Source: Amphiscolops sp. MND2022 (taxonomy: Eukaryota). Taken from it: 64,000 nt of DNA. Position numbers and translations under genes: made by a program. The stretch is from the NCBI GenBank assembly GCA_964187785.1, contig OZ076412.1, forward strand, positions 82,398,001-82,462,000. The letters are read 5' to 3'. The notes beneath the pieces are model-generated. The model did not search any database. It saw nothing but the letters and a program-made list of their open reading frames with translations, and was not told the DNA's origin. This document shows, piece by piece, positions 1-11,868 of the stretch. The stretch's first letter is position 1. Each line of letters starts with the position of its first letter.

Positions 1-13
1 AGTGTTCTTTTAA

Positions 14-2011
14 CACTACAAAGACCAATTTTTTTTCTTACTAGAAAGACCTTATGGGTCAATTTTGCAATAAAAAATTGCATGTCTTTGTTTTGCTACT
101 TAAATTAAAAACTTAAGTTTTGCAAAAAATATATGTCAACAACTATCACACGTTGCCATGACATATTTCACACAAATAGTCAGACAACTCGAGCATTTGG
201 CACATCTGACACTTGTCTTGCCCTGACATCCTGATGTTTGACAATGGTGTTGTTTTTTCGCCACTGGTAAAGGTTTCAGTTGGTTGTTTGACGTTGCTGG
301 AGCGCTTGGTTCGTTAGTGGCACGATTCAGACCCCGGTTCGGTTCAGGGTTGTACATGGTTGTCAGCTCGATAAATAACTGATAAATGAAATCTCGTCTA
401 GAAATTTTCGTCTTCGCGATTTTTCTAAAGACTATCCAGGAACATCTAACGGATTTGCCCAAAATGTTGCAGAAAAAACAGCAGGAGTCCATCGCCTGGA
501 TGCCGTCCTCGTGGAATACGCTCTTATCATCTGATCCATAGCGTCTACGCCAACTTTGTTTTTTGTACAAATTAAAATAACCTCTGATTTAAATTTTAGC
601 GGCCCTGTAACGGTTGAATTCCGATGCATGCTAGACAACAGAAGTACTGACTTGTTGTTTTTGCATTGATAAGTAACCAGAATCAAAATTATCGCCTGTT
701 ATGTTGTATCCATGACCTACGTTTTGAGCTAGATCCAAAACAACATCAACCTGTTATGGTCGATTGCGGGTTTCGGACTTTCCGAGATACGCAATACAGT
801 TGACGATATATTTGGATTCAACTTCAACAAAAAGCCACATTTTGATACCGTATTTATCTGGTTTGTTCGCCATGAAATTGATAAATTGGCATCTCGTTTT
901 CAGTGGCATTAGCTCTTCGTCAACAGTGAGTGAAAACTCAGGCACATACTCTTCTTGGCAGTTTTTCACAAAGTAATCCATGGGTTCACGCGCAGCTGCA
1001 AACTTGTCCGTACATACCCGGGAACTACGTGTTGTTTTCGCATCCAGACGCACGCAACTCATAATTTCCTTGTATCGATTTCGAGACATCAAGTTTTGAA
1101 AAGTTTTTGAGCTATATTTGTCACTCCAAAAGTATGTCAGAGGAATGTTTTTGCTATGCAGTCCACGTAGATAATGAAGGGAAACAAATGTTATGAACTC
1201 TTGTTTAGTGATAACTTCTTTGCATTTTTCGTTGCTGTTTCTGTTTTGTAATACTCTGTCAATCACGGCGTTGTCGAAAAACTCAAACTACGCGTCGCCA
1301 ACTGTGCTAATTCTGGCTGCCACAAAAGGTTTGACGCCCGGCTGTTTAAGAATAATGTTTTTTTGTAGTATGCGACCTGGAGACCCTGGCACCTGCGATA
1401 GAACCCAATTTGTTCCGTCTTTACCTGTTAGGTGTCTGCACTAGCACTGCTGTTTGTCAATTTTGATTGTCTTCCTTGATTGTCGTCGTCTAGAAAAAAT
1501 TTTTCGGTTTGTTTCTTGGAACAAAAAAACTATAAACTAAAATGCATAGGCTTACTTGAATTTTGAGAACTTGTGCTTTCGCATTCTATTGGTGATGTGG
1601 CTACAACTTCTTCCTCGTAATTGTCAGTCTCGCCAGATTGATCCGAATCCATTTCTTGATACCATGCAAAACAGGCCGATGCGTCAATTTGTCGTCGTGG
1701 GCGATCCATTTTTTAAAGAAGAACTATCAAGAAAAAAGCTCGAAATTAGAGTTTTGATGAACCAAATAATTAAATAAACGGTCTATATTCAACATTATAG
1801 AAAGAAAATTTTGTTATATAACATGAAACTAGATGTAACAACTTTTAATTAACATGGGTCAACGCGCTCGCTTAACAAGTTTAACTGTAGTAAGAACTTA
1901 ATGTATGTAACAAAGTCACGAAATATCATTCTTCTAATACACTGCAGAAAAGCTACAGTAAACAAATCAAAATGCAAAGGGGTCAAAAATAACTCCTCGG
2001 TACTTCTAGTG
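14..2011 (-). mobile_element. piggyBac DNA transposon, internally deleted, with both TIRs and TTAA target-site duplication
   Basis: TTAA at 10-13 and 2012-2015. Termini are CACTACAAAGACC (14-26) and the reverse complement CACTAGAAGTACC (1999-2011), a 10/13 match. GGGTCA-type subterminal motifs occur at both ends. Encloses a piggyBac transposase relic. Confidence 0.9.
136..1440 (-). pseudogene. piggyBac (DDE_Tnp_1_7/PGBD-like) transposase, frameshifted, about 50 codons missing between the 2nd and 3rd catalytic Asp
   Basis: Motifs in order: GKDGTNW...PGRILQKNII; MSRNRYKEIM; SLTVDEEL..KTRCQFINFMANKPDKYGIK (D1); GYNITGDNF (D2, 690-720); VLLLSSMH; GVDAMDQM..YSTRTASRRW (D3); then a C-terminal Cys-rich finger. 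In-frame TAG near 1290. Confidence 0.92.
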
Positions 2012-2569
2012 TTAACATACTAATTGTTACTCAATTTTATATTTAACGATCCTGTTCTACAATTAATCATTAATTCAGTGTTACACTACTAATATGTTTT
2101 GATATGCCATCCACGAGGACGCAAAAAACCAGCGAAAACAGACGTAATGCCAAATTTGGTAGATATGTTTATTATGTTATTTAGTTACGGTGCAGATGAG
2201 TTTGAAGGTGAACAACTCTATCTCAAAATGAAGAAAATTCGAACAGGGAAGACTTCAAATAAATCAATAGTGAATTGCAAAAGAGCAGTAAATCGTGAAG
2301 GAATTTTAGAAAATTTTTGGCCTCCTAGTGAGGAAAAATGTCAAATGTTAAAGAAATTAGGAGAAATGAAACAGAGGTGAATGCTCAGATCTTCAAGCTT
2401 TGCTGCACTTAATGAAAATGTGGTCCCTCAGCTTCAATCAAGCCTAGATTTATGCAAAGTTTTAATGCAAAAGTGGCCCTACGTAAGGTCATCGAAACTA
2501 GAAAAGAGTCCCGAAGTCGAATATACCGTGAAAAACGCCAAAGCCGACCTAAAACAGGTCTCAATCAGT

Positions 2570-2820
2570 ACAAGACGCCCGCTAAGCACCGGTATATTTT
2601 CGCTAAAAATGTAACGCATCAGCCCGGGTTCGAACCCACGACTTCGTGTGTGCCAGGCAGACGCACTAGCAACTGCGCCACCAAGAAACTAAAATAGTCA
2701 AGTAACAAACAGTCAAGTGAAGTCGATGGGGAGGAACTAGGAGGAGATTGGCAGAATTTGGAGAAAAACGCAACACAGATTATGATTTGCCTCCCCCGTT
2801 ACATCTGGGCGGAAAATAAT
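2570..2820 (-). mobile_element. HINE-B copy 1 (Helentron-like non-autonomous element) carrying a tRNA-like cassette
   Basis: Element 5' end TTATTTTCCGCCC (2808-2820). The 3' end has the subTIR GCGAAAATA, a GC hairpin and TCTTGT (2570-2605). Same layout at 46280-46486 and 56888-57241. Confidence 0.7.
2606..2682 (-). ncRNA. tRNA-derived Pol III cassette (A box, B box, T5 terminator); not a functional tRNA
   Basis: Minus strand reads TGGCGCAGTTGCTAG (A box) ... GGGTTCGAACCC (B box) ... TTACATTTTT. The anticodon arm does not fold as a canonical 5 bp stem + 7 nt loop. Confidence 0.7.
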
Positions 2821-3577
2821 ACCTCTGGTCGATATCGATATCAGAGAAAAATCTCCGTAGTGTCGCACCAGAGTTACGACAGGAAACACTGGGCGTTTTT
2901 TGAATGTTTGACTTTCAGGAAACAGGTCATCTTAGAAAACGAACTGCTGTTCATACCAGTTTGAACTGGTTCAAAATGATGTGTATTGATGTATACAAAA
3001 AAAGTTGGAACTCAGATGACGTTTAGTTTCTTTGTTAAGAATCCAGAAAACCTAAACATTGTCTTTTGGAGCAGCATATAATTTGGTCTGGCAGAGGGTT
3101 ACCGACTTTTTACTCGTCTATACGACGGTTTTCATTGTGACCAGACTAATACACTGATACAGAGCTCTCTGATATCGGTTGGCTCAAAAAGCTTCGTCGT
3201 CGTAGCAATTTCTAATAATGTTCTTCTTCTGGATAATGTCTGGGATCAATTTCCAATTTTGTCCCGGAGCCTGAGATTTTTTTCATGGTGATGCACGATT
3301 GCTCCTTGAATGATATCAACTTTGCCTATAAACGTGACTTCAAGGTCTTGAAAGAAACGTGGCAGAAAAACAGTGCTTTCTGGACTTATTAGGATTTGGT
3401 GGCTTCATTGTTTGCTTTTAAAGTATTTAATATGTGCGTCATGAAAATGAAGACTCTAACATAAGTTTTTGTATTCGTGTCGCTCACCAAACTAATGGTT
3501 ACATTTTAATTCTGAATCTTTTCAAAAAACTTACCGGGAATGGCTTCAAAGCAGTTAAGTTTACACTTGACTTCACA

Positions 3578-3753
3578 AATCAATAGCGCGTGATCATGAA
3601 TCTAAGGCGATCAAAAATTTGGAACTTTTCAAATGGGATTTTTGAACCTTTGATTTTTTTCAAAATAGTGAATTGAATCAAAGATTTGGAATTTCGGAAT
3701 GGAAAACTTCGCGCTTTCGATTGTGTTAGATTTATCACCACGCGCTAATGATT
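3578..3753. mobile_element. MITE-like element with ~35 bp imperfect inverted repeats
   Basis: AATCAATAGCGCGTGATCATGAATCTAAG at the left vs reverse complement AATCATTAGCGCGTGGTGATAAATCTAAC at the right. Confidence 0.55.
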
Positions 3754-4121
3754 TTGTCGGTTCGATTTGAAAAATGTTTCAACTAAAGTCCTTCTATTGT
3801 TTTGCTTTAACGGATTGAAGTTCAAAAAAATCAAAAAACAAGACAGGAACGTCTCAAGTCAGCGCTCCGCTAAAAACTCAAACAGCGTTAAGTTTTTCAA
3901 TTATGCCAAACACTTTTCTCAACAAAAATATCAAAGCAAATTCACCCTCAAACAAATAGAGGTTTTCCACTGAATCTATTTCAAAACTCAAAGGAGATTT
4001 GAGAGAAATGGAAAAAAGAAATTCTCACAATAATATGAAAATCTAAAACTAGTAACGTGAAAAGGAATAAAAAAGTTGGTGACCAAAAAATTTGTCACTT
4101 GAAAAAATGACTTCAAAACGT

Positions 4122-4432
4122 TAGGCTAGGAAAAGTCTAGAAATAACAGGATATGTTATATCCTAGTTCATAAGTTGAATCAAAAACCCTGGTCGTAACT
4201 ACAGGAACTTTTTACGTGCAGCATTAATGCACGCAGGCTAAATTTTTGGAAAAAAACATCGAAAATTCACGGACTTGTATAAATAAATTCTTGTAAAACT
4301 TCCATGCAGCTTGGAAAATCCTGGCAGCATTTCACTGTGCTTTGAAAAAATGTCCAAGCAGCTTAAACATTTTTGAAAAAGAATCCATGCAAAACTACAA
4401 ACATTTTCAAAAAGACCGTTTTCCTAGCCCTA
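4122..4432. mobile_element. MITE-like element with TAGG(G)CTAGGAAAA termini
   Basis: TAGGCTAGGAAAAG at the left and TTTTCCTAGCCCTA at the right. No TSD found. The interior resembles the family at 39627-40179. Confidence 0.4.
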
Positions 4433-4889
4433 ATCTCCACTTATTTAGAAAAGATGCTTTTCGTTAACAGTGCTACTAAGCCTACAGGTCCCTAATGTCC
4501 AAAAAATAGGCAGAACAAAAACTTTCAATTGACAAAAAAATGAGATAGATAACAAGAAAAACATTGCAATTTACAAAAAAAACGATATATGCAATTATTT
4601 TCGAAATTCTGCTGAGTTCATCGGTGAACTTTTTCACATTCATTCCGAGTTTCGCAGAAAGAAATCAGTACCAAGACTTTGATTCCATCATCGATTGCAT
4701 GCATCAGCTGTAGAAATTGAATCACGGCAGCCTCCACGTAAAAGTCCGCATTCTTCAAAAGGACCTGGACCAAAAAAGAACAATCAAATTAAACGTTAGC
4801 AAACATCTCGCAAACCCACAGAAAGGCAAAACGTAAACTGCCTGGTCATAGTTGTTGGATAAAGGGAATATTGGTTGGTTGTTTCGAAA

Positions 4890-5020
4890 GGGAATGAGAT
4901 CTCAAGGGAATAAGATCTTCAATTGTAGATCTTATTCCTTCAGATCTTGTTTCCCCTTCTATTTGGGAATAACGTCTAAATGATAAAACGTCTAATGAAA
5001 AACATTTAGACGTTATTCCC
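4890..5020. repeat. Two adjacent GGGAATA...TATTCCC mini-hairpins
   Basis: Perfect 18 bp inverted repeat GGGAATAACGTCTAAATG at 4965-4982 / 5003-5020. An adjacent imperfect hairpin is built on AAGATCT (4890-4956). A related hairpin lies at 43258-43374. Confidence 0.75.
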
Positions 5021-6339
5021 GTTCGCCATAGGGGCGCGAAAAACGTCTAAGGAATGACATTTTAAAGTGTTTCGGGAAAATGTCTGCAACTCGTTGTTTT
5101 GTTTTTAGGTTGACTTCAGACGTTATATTTAATCAGAAATTTCTAGAAATTCAAATTTTTTAGTTATTCTTGTCTTTCAGCTTTACAAGTTTCTCAACAT
5201 CTTGGGTGTTGAAAAAAATTTCAAATTTCATCCAATCACAACCTCTGATTTTAGTATTCCGCTCATGAAGTAGTCCCTCAAAAAAAGTCCCCCCTTAAAG
5301 AACTTTGGATTCCATTTGTTTTCGGGTTTCCAAATGCGGAAAGTGATGATCAATAGATTTGTCAACAGTTTGCGTGATCGAAACAAAATTTCAAAAAAAA
5401 TTTCTTTCGTAATAAATTCCAGTGTTGCGAATTTCTTTACCACATTGGCACTCAGAATATTTGTTCATGTCATTTTTTAGTGTCTGCATTTACAAAAATT
5501 GAGGTTTTCCCCGCGAAAACCTGCAAAATTTTAAGGGAGATTTTTCTTGAATTTCCTTGCTGTTGCTCTGAAACCCAACCGCCAAATTGTATAGAAACCC
5601 TAATAAATATTTGAAGAAATAGCATTGCATCAGGGAAATATTTAGCATTAATGAATCTCTATGAAACTCTAAAAATGATGCAAAAAGTGCTTGGTAGTCT
5701 ATGAAATCATGTAAAAGTATCAAGCAGTTTCAACTAGGGAGAATAAATAAAAAGTTCAGAAAATGCAGTTGATATGGTTTTATCTGAAAAGCTGGAACCA
5801 AGCCAAATATGATCTAATCACTAACCTGGCATTGCTTTCCATCTAAGACACATTTTGGTCGAGAGGAAAACCGAGATGCACCAACCTTTTCCTTGCTTTT
5901 TTTCTCAGCTTTTCTCTCAACTTTCAAGACAAATTAACCCGTATGTTCTCGGAAAAATGGCTCTTTACAGACGTTTTTAATGGGCGCTTTATGAATGACA
6001 ACTTTTCAGGTTTAGTGGAGTTGTCAACATCCTGTCGAGGTGGTCAAAAACTACAGAAAAATTACAATACGCCAACATCTAAAGAGTGCCTTTCAGAGGG
6101 TTTTCCTTTTCATTTTTTGTGGCATTTTTTTGAATTCCCAAGCTGTATTTGGTAATTTTCAGAATAAGCTCCCCCTTTAGGATTTTGAATTCTTTCAGTT
6201 AGAAGCAGCTTTTCGTGCTCCTTTTTCTTGTTTTCGGCACTGTTAATTTTGTCTGACAATAAGTTCATACCACACAAAAGGGTGCTCTTTGTTTTCGTTT
6301 GTTGGCTGAAAACAGTTTTTGGGTCTTGTCGCAGGATGC

Positions 6340-6620
6340 CGCTTGCGATGGCAACCGGTACCAAGTGTCTCCCGACGATGATAACAGTTTTCCGATGCCA
6401 CCAGGAGTAGTGTAGTAGCATTCTACCTTAGTAGGGACGGTCAGTTCATTTGGCCACAAACACTTTTATAAACTAAACCTATTAAACGAATAAATCCGGA
6501 ACATTGTGCGCATTCAGTTTTATTTTGTTACAAACAAGAAATTATTATTTAAATATCCTGTAAACCAGTAGTGTTTTGCTGAATGAGAGAATGAGTTGAT
6601 GAATTGTTCAAAACAAAAAC
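6340..6620. repeat. Dispersed repeat, diverged second copy at ~16370-16630
   Basis: Shared collinear blocks: TTTCGATGCCACCAGGAGT, GACGGTC, ACAAACACTT, GCATTCAGTTT, GTTTTGCTGAATGAGA. Confidence 0.65.
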
Positions 6621-7174
6621 ATTGACTAATAACCTCACAGGAAACGCGTTCAAATAGAGTAGCGCTCTAGCTTATTCGACTCGAAGTCACTCATTTAAAT
6701 AGCCAATCAGGTATTAGTATTTCTCTTGTCGACCGCCGCTTGAAATTATGTATTGCTGGAAAATAATGAAAGAAAACACCTGTTAAAACATCCATTTGAT
6801 AATCCTATCAGACTTGAAATGCGTACAGCCTCACCTCCCCCAATCTAGTAACAACCTTCAAATATCGAAACGATGCTACTTTTATCCAGACTTAGGGTGA
6901 CGTGATGGTGACGTCAGCGCTAAATGTCTATTTTTGAAACCATTGCATCCATTAATTTGCATGTCAAGGAATATGTAGTATAAATGGTGTGTTCCTGAAG
7001 GCTGAAGAGACACAACTTTGAAAACACCTCCAGTGACAACTAGACATCAATCGATGCTAACCGCAATCTGATTTTCTAACCGTAGATTGAAATTTGTTTT
7101 GAAACTTGCTTTTGTTGAATTGAATAAGAATTGTTGAAAAAACAAACTCAATAATATAGCAAGTATCTCTTCAA

Positions 7175-9700
7175 ATGGTTTCCACCAGGATGCATAGAGC
7201 CAGAGCCAGTCCGAAAGTTACACAAAAGAAGCCCGATTGCAACTTCAGGCTCGTAGTTGACCTCCACCAAATCAACAATTTGATATCAGACGATCATATC
7301 ACAATAATCATCCCGTTAGTACCCCCACTGACTCAGCTCCACATATTCATTGCAAAAAATGTTTTCAAGGCAACAGCGTACCACAGCCTGTGAACGGCTG
7401 ACGAAGATCCAAAAATATGCTAGGATTCAGCTTTCCGAGCCGAAATTTTGCATATCAACGGCTAGCACAAAACCTTAGCAGGTCATCATCTTTGTTTTCC
7501 AGCATCAAGGGCAAATATTTGGATGTCATCAAGGCCGATGGATGCGCTTAATATGTTAATGATATTGGCATAGTCGTCAATGACGCCGAACACCTAATAA
7601 ACAATTTTTTGGCAATACACAAATGAATCCAGATTTCGGGCTCGAAACTAACAATGCGTGAATGCCATTCTGGAGCAACGGAACTCGCGATTGTCTGTGC
7701 CGAACCATCACTTCCGACGGTGGGGAGCTGCTGAGACCATGGGTCTAAAACTTACCGGAAAATAAAGAATCCGCAAAACCCAAAATGTTCTCGCAAGATA
7801 ACTTGGATACTTGAATTAATATCGAAGTTGAAACCCGAGGTAACGAGAAAAACTAATGCCATTCTTAAATTTCTTGTAGAATGATGCAAAAGTGCTAGTA
7901 ACACCAGATCTTTTGCAGAAAATCACCATGATAATTAAAGTTCGTGATCGATTTTGCAAACTAGCACTCAAACAAGCTCTACCTAACAGGCAGATAGCCC
8001 TGATTTCTGAGGCGTTTCACTCGACAGCAGGTTATACGCATTGAAGATGATCCGCTTGCGAAATTCAATTCTACAAGGAAAACATTCGCGCCGGTGTCTT
8101 ACGGATTCAGTGCAACCCAATTACAGATGTCCATAAATGCCAAAAAAGTTTTAGCTTTATTATCCGGATATCTTAGCTTTATTATCAAGGAGTTTTAGCT
8201 TTATTTTATTAACAAGGAACTTTTACATTTTTGGTAAACACCTGAACTGGTGATAATACTAAACGACAACAAATCGGTCACACAATTTTTCCCAGCCTGA
8301 ATCAAATCGTCTACCCTATGCTATGCATGTGACTGTGTAATTCATGTTAATTTCACCATTGCGCATATTCCCCGGCAAAAACAACACAGGCGCTGATTAT
8401 CTATCATGTCTGGAATAATGTTAGGAAGAACAATTATTGTTCACAATTAGAGAAGACAACCCAACAACACCTCTCTGATTTACAAGTTTAATCAACAAGA
8501 ATCACCGAAGAAGGACACTTTCTCTACAAGGAGGTTGATGAATTGACCGAAGAAAAGATCTGGCAGAGAGAAAAGAAGCTATAAACAACCCAACAAAGCA
8601 AATGCCAGATTTTTTTTGAAAAATTCAGTACACATGATAGCAGGTATCACAAATTTTTTTAATCCAAAACCAAATCAGGTACCAACACTGTGACCAAGTG
8701 AGCAGAACAACAATGTTATTCTACAACAACTCAGATCTAAGACATTGGAACAAGAATACTCGGAAACCATCCTTTTACAAGACAATCGATACCAATACTA
8801 CTCTAGCCAATTAGACCGACTGTCCATTCATGACGAAGTTCGTACCGGACAGTATTTTGACGAAAAACGACATATAAAAAACATCAAGTGCTGTTACCGA
8901 AACATCCGGTAAAACATTTACTGAATTGTTTGAATCTCCAGTGAAAAGCCAATAAACATCTTGAAACTGCCAAAATGTTACAAGAAAATAGATTCGAATA
9001 TCAAAACACAGGAACTGCAAATATTTTCAAAAATTTGGTTCTGGGTTGTGATATCTTCATTAGACACAAAAATCCGTAACACGTCCATCATGCCTGTTTA
9101 CTCAGTTTGTCAGATTTGGACTAGGGACCGGAAGGCCCCATGCAGATAGATCATTTACCAAATTTGCCACCAAGTGGAGGATATGAAGATGTTATCACGA
9201 CATTGGAATTTTTTTCGATATACCCGTTTACATACCTGGTCACAGACGCGTCCGCCACAAATATGGCAGAAGTGATCCTTGATAAAAGGACAAAGCACAC
9301 CTGTATGTCAACCACTTTGATTACTGAACAGCCTTTACGTAAAGTCAGTGGCCGACGTTGCGAAAACCCTAGATAGTCAAAATAAACGCCCGACAAGTAA
9401 ACACCCGCAAGCTATTGGCAAGCTGAAGCGAACGCATGCTAGTCTCAACTCGATGCTCAAAATGGCTTCAGGTTTGTATCGGCGAAAAAGGCAAAAATAC
9501 TTTCCATTGGCGGTACTTGATTACAACCCGACATACGATACGACTTTAGGCTATCAGCCGTCGAGGTTTCTTCACAGAAAAATACCATGTTTTATCTTAG
9601 CCCAAAAACTAGGACTAAAACATAATCCAAAAACTTTACCGACATCGGAGTTCGCAGACGAATTTCAAAGACGAGCAAAAATGCTAAGTGACTCCACGAT
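7175..9700 (+). pseudogene. pol: Gypsy LTR-retrotransposon pol relic (RT - RNase H - integrase); no LTRs seen
   Basis: ASP..KKPDCNFRLVVDL; FAYQRLAQNLSRS; CA*YVNDIGI (decayed YVDD); NTGADYLS (RNase H end); LQIDHLPNLPPSGGYEDVIT and HPQAIGKLKRTHASL (integrase). Many stops and frameshifts. Confidence 0.9.
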
Positions 9701-10604
9701 TAGGTCGGCTAGTCGAGTTCGCAGTAACTAAGGTTCAATTTATCAACTAACGACAAGTGCTCCCCGAGAATTGCAGTCTTCCGCTCTAATGTAAATTATC
9801 CACGAAGGCGGAAGCAGGTAAAGAATTTTACGAAAGCAGGTAGTAGTAGGTGAGAGTCGAGAAATGAGTAGAACGTCCAGGTCGAAACCACCAATGCCTC
9901 TAGCGATAACGTTAGTGAAATCAAAATGCTCTCTGACTGGCCTCCTGAAAGAAGAGGTCAACGTAGCTGCGTGTCAATCTACTGAATTCGTCTCAACTTT
10001 TGCAGGCGTAGTCATTTTGTCCGACTGGCTTCACTCGCAAAAGAAATTCGGGGACAGTTGAAGCAGTCGCCTTACACAACAAACGTTTCGGTCCTTACAA
10101 CCATGAGGCTGAGTTGGAAGTTCGTTGTTGTGAACAATTAAGGCTAGACGAGGGGTCAACACACATGATTGAAAGCTTCTTGAAAGTATTCAGAGTCACG
10201 GACTAGATGAGAGAACAGCTGCAGTCGGCATGTAAACAGATTGTCACAGATGATTGACAACTCGATACTTTGAGGCTAGAATAAAAGTTCATTGTGTAGA
10301 AGTCAAGTCGGCAAAGCAGGGGATGTTTCTTTTTTTGATTAAGTAGCCTGAAACAACATAGGTAGGTATGCACACCTGGTGGAACTTATTGCAAGATGAA
10401 TGTAGAAATATACCAACCTTCACTAGTTCCGGGATAAACAGAGTCCATTCAAATTGTAAGCTTCCCCCCACGCAGATCAACAAGTATTTTAGAACTGACA
10501 AAACGTCTTTCATACCGAAGATATTTGCATCAACTTCGTTGAAGCACTCTCCGCAAAGATAGCAGGGCTCTGGATCCCGTGCGCGAAAAAGGAGGACTTG
10601 TCTA

Positions 10605-11868
10605 CAGTCGTGATTTAAAAGAATGCGACCAATTAAGCTGAACTAAATCTACAAAATTGGAATTATTCACGCAAATAACAAAGCCTGTTGAGTAAACAAA
10701 GTCGTCAATCGACAAATAATTAAGGTAGTTATCTCCAGGTTACTTCATTTACTAACAACTATGCCTCAAACAAGTCTAAAAACACGTGCAAATGTTATAA
10801 AATTTAAGTCACAATATTTTACTATTTGTCAAATTTCCAAAAATACCAAAGTACATAAAGCAACTGTTTCGCGCATTATCGTTCGCTATGAAAAACGTGG
10901 TCATGTGGAAAACACAAAAAGTCCCAGGCGACCAAGGAAAGTGACCGGAAGAGTAGAAAGAGTAGTCACACTGGCGTCAAAAAACACCCTTTTTTGAACT
11001 CAACGCAGTTAGGAAATTTTACAAAAGTCGATCTGTCCAGCTCTACCATACGAAGAATCCTTGTTAAGTATGGCCTCCGAAGCAGAATAAGTCCCAAAAA
11101 ATCTCAAGGTTTGGACGGAATTCGTGAAAATCGCAAGCGATGGGCCAAAGAGATGTTAATGGAGAAAACGCCGGATTTCTGGAATAGTGTAATTTTTTCG
11201 GACGAAGCAATGATGGAGTTGATTTGCAGAAGGCAAAATCTTGTTAGACGGCCAAACAAAAAAAGATACGACACCCAATTTGTTAATAATTCTAGTAATT
11301 ACGCACGAAAAAAATGATGGTTTGGGGCTGTATTCGGTCAAATGGCGATCGACTTCTCATTCCGATTAAAAGCAAGGTAGATTCCGATGTCTATATCAAA
11401 CAATTGAAAGACAATGTTGTGGACTTTCTTTATATGCATGAACCTTTCCAGCAAGACATCGCACCAGCCCACATGTCGCTAAAAACCCGAAACTTTTCTT
11501 GAGAAAATGGATTCACTATCCTAGAAAATTGGCCACCACAGTCCCCAGATATCAATATAATAGAAAATATGTGGAGCATTTGGAAGAAGAATGTTCACAA
11601 AGGGAGACCCCAAACAGTCGATGAACTTTGGACCATTGCTCAATAAGAATTTAATAAAATTCCTCAATTTTGTGTGGCAAAACTTTATGAGTCAATTCCT
11701 CGCAGACGTGAACAAGTTGTAAAGTATTCTGGACATCCCACAAAATAGTAATATTTTGGGTTGCGTTTGCTATTATTTTTTGCCTAATATTGATATTTAT
11801 TGCAGTTTTTTTGTAAATTCTGGCATCCAATTCAGTTTTCTTAGTCGCATTTTTTAAAATCACGACTG
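10605..11868 (+). mobile_element. Full-length Tc1-family transposon (1264 bp) with TA TSD
   Basis: TA at 10603-10604 and 11869-11870. TIRs of ~27 bp, CAGTCGTGATTT(T)AAAA(G)AATGCGAC. Confidence 0.95.
10761..11748 (+). pseudogene. Tc1-like transposase (HTH + DD35E), two frameshifts and in-frame stops
   Basis: ATVSRII (HTH); SSSTIRRIL; VIFSDEA (D1); MVWGCI; FQQD (D2); WPPQSPDINIIE (E). Frameshifts fall in homopolymers at ~10990 and ~11310. Stops at ~11500 and ~11645. Confidence 0.95.

Noticed and set aside
2606-2682. Functional tRNA genes (also 46372, 56925, 60320)
   Set aside because: The cloverleaf is incomplete: anticodon and/or acceptor stems fail. No isotype assigned.
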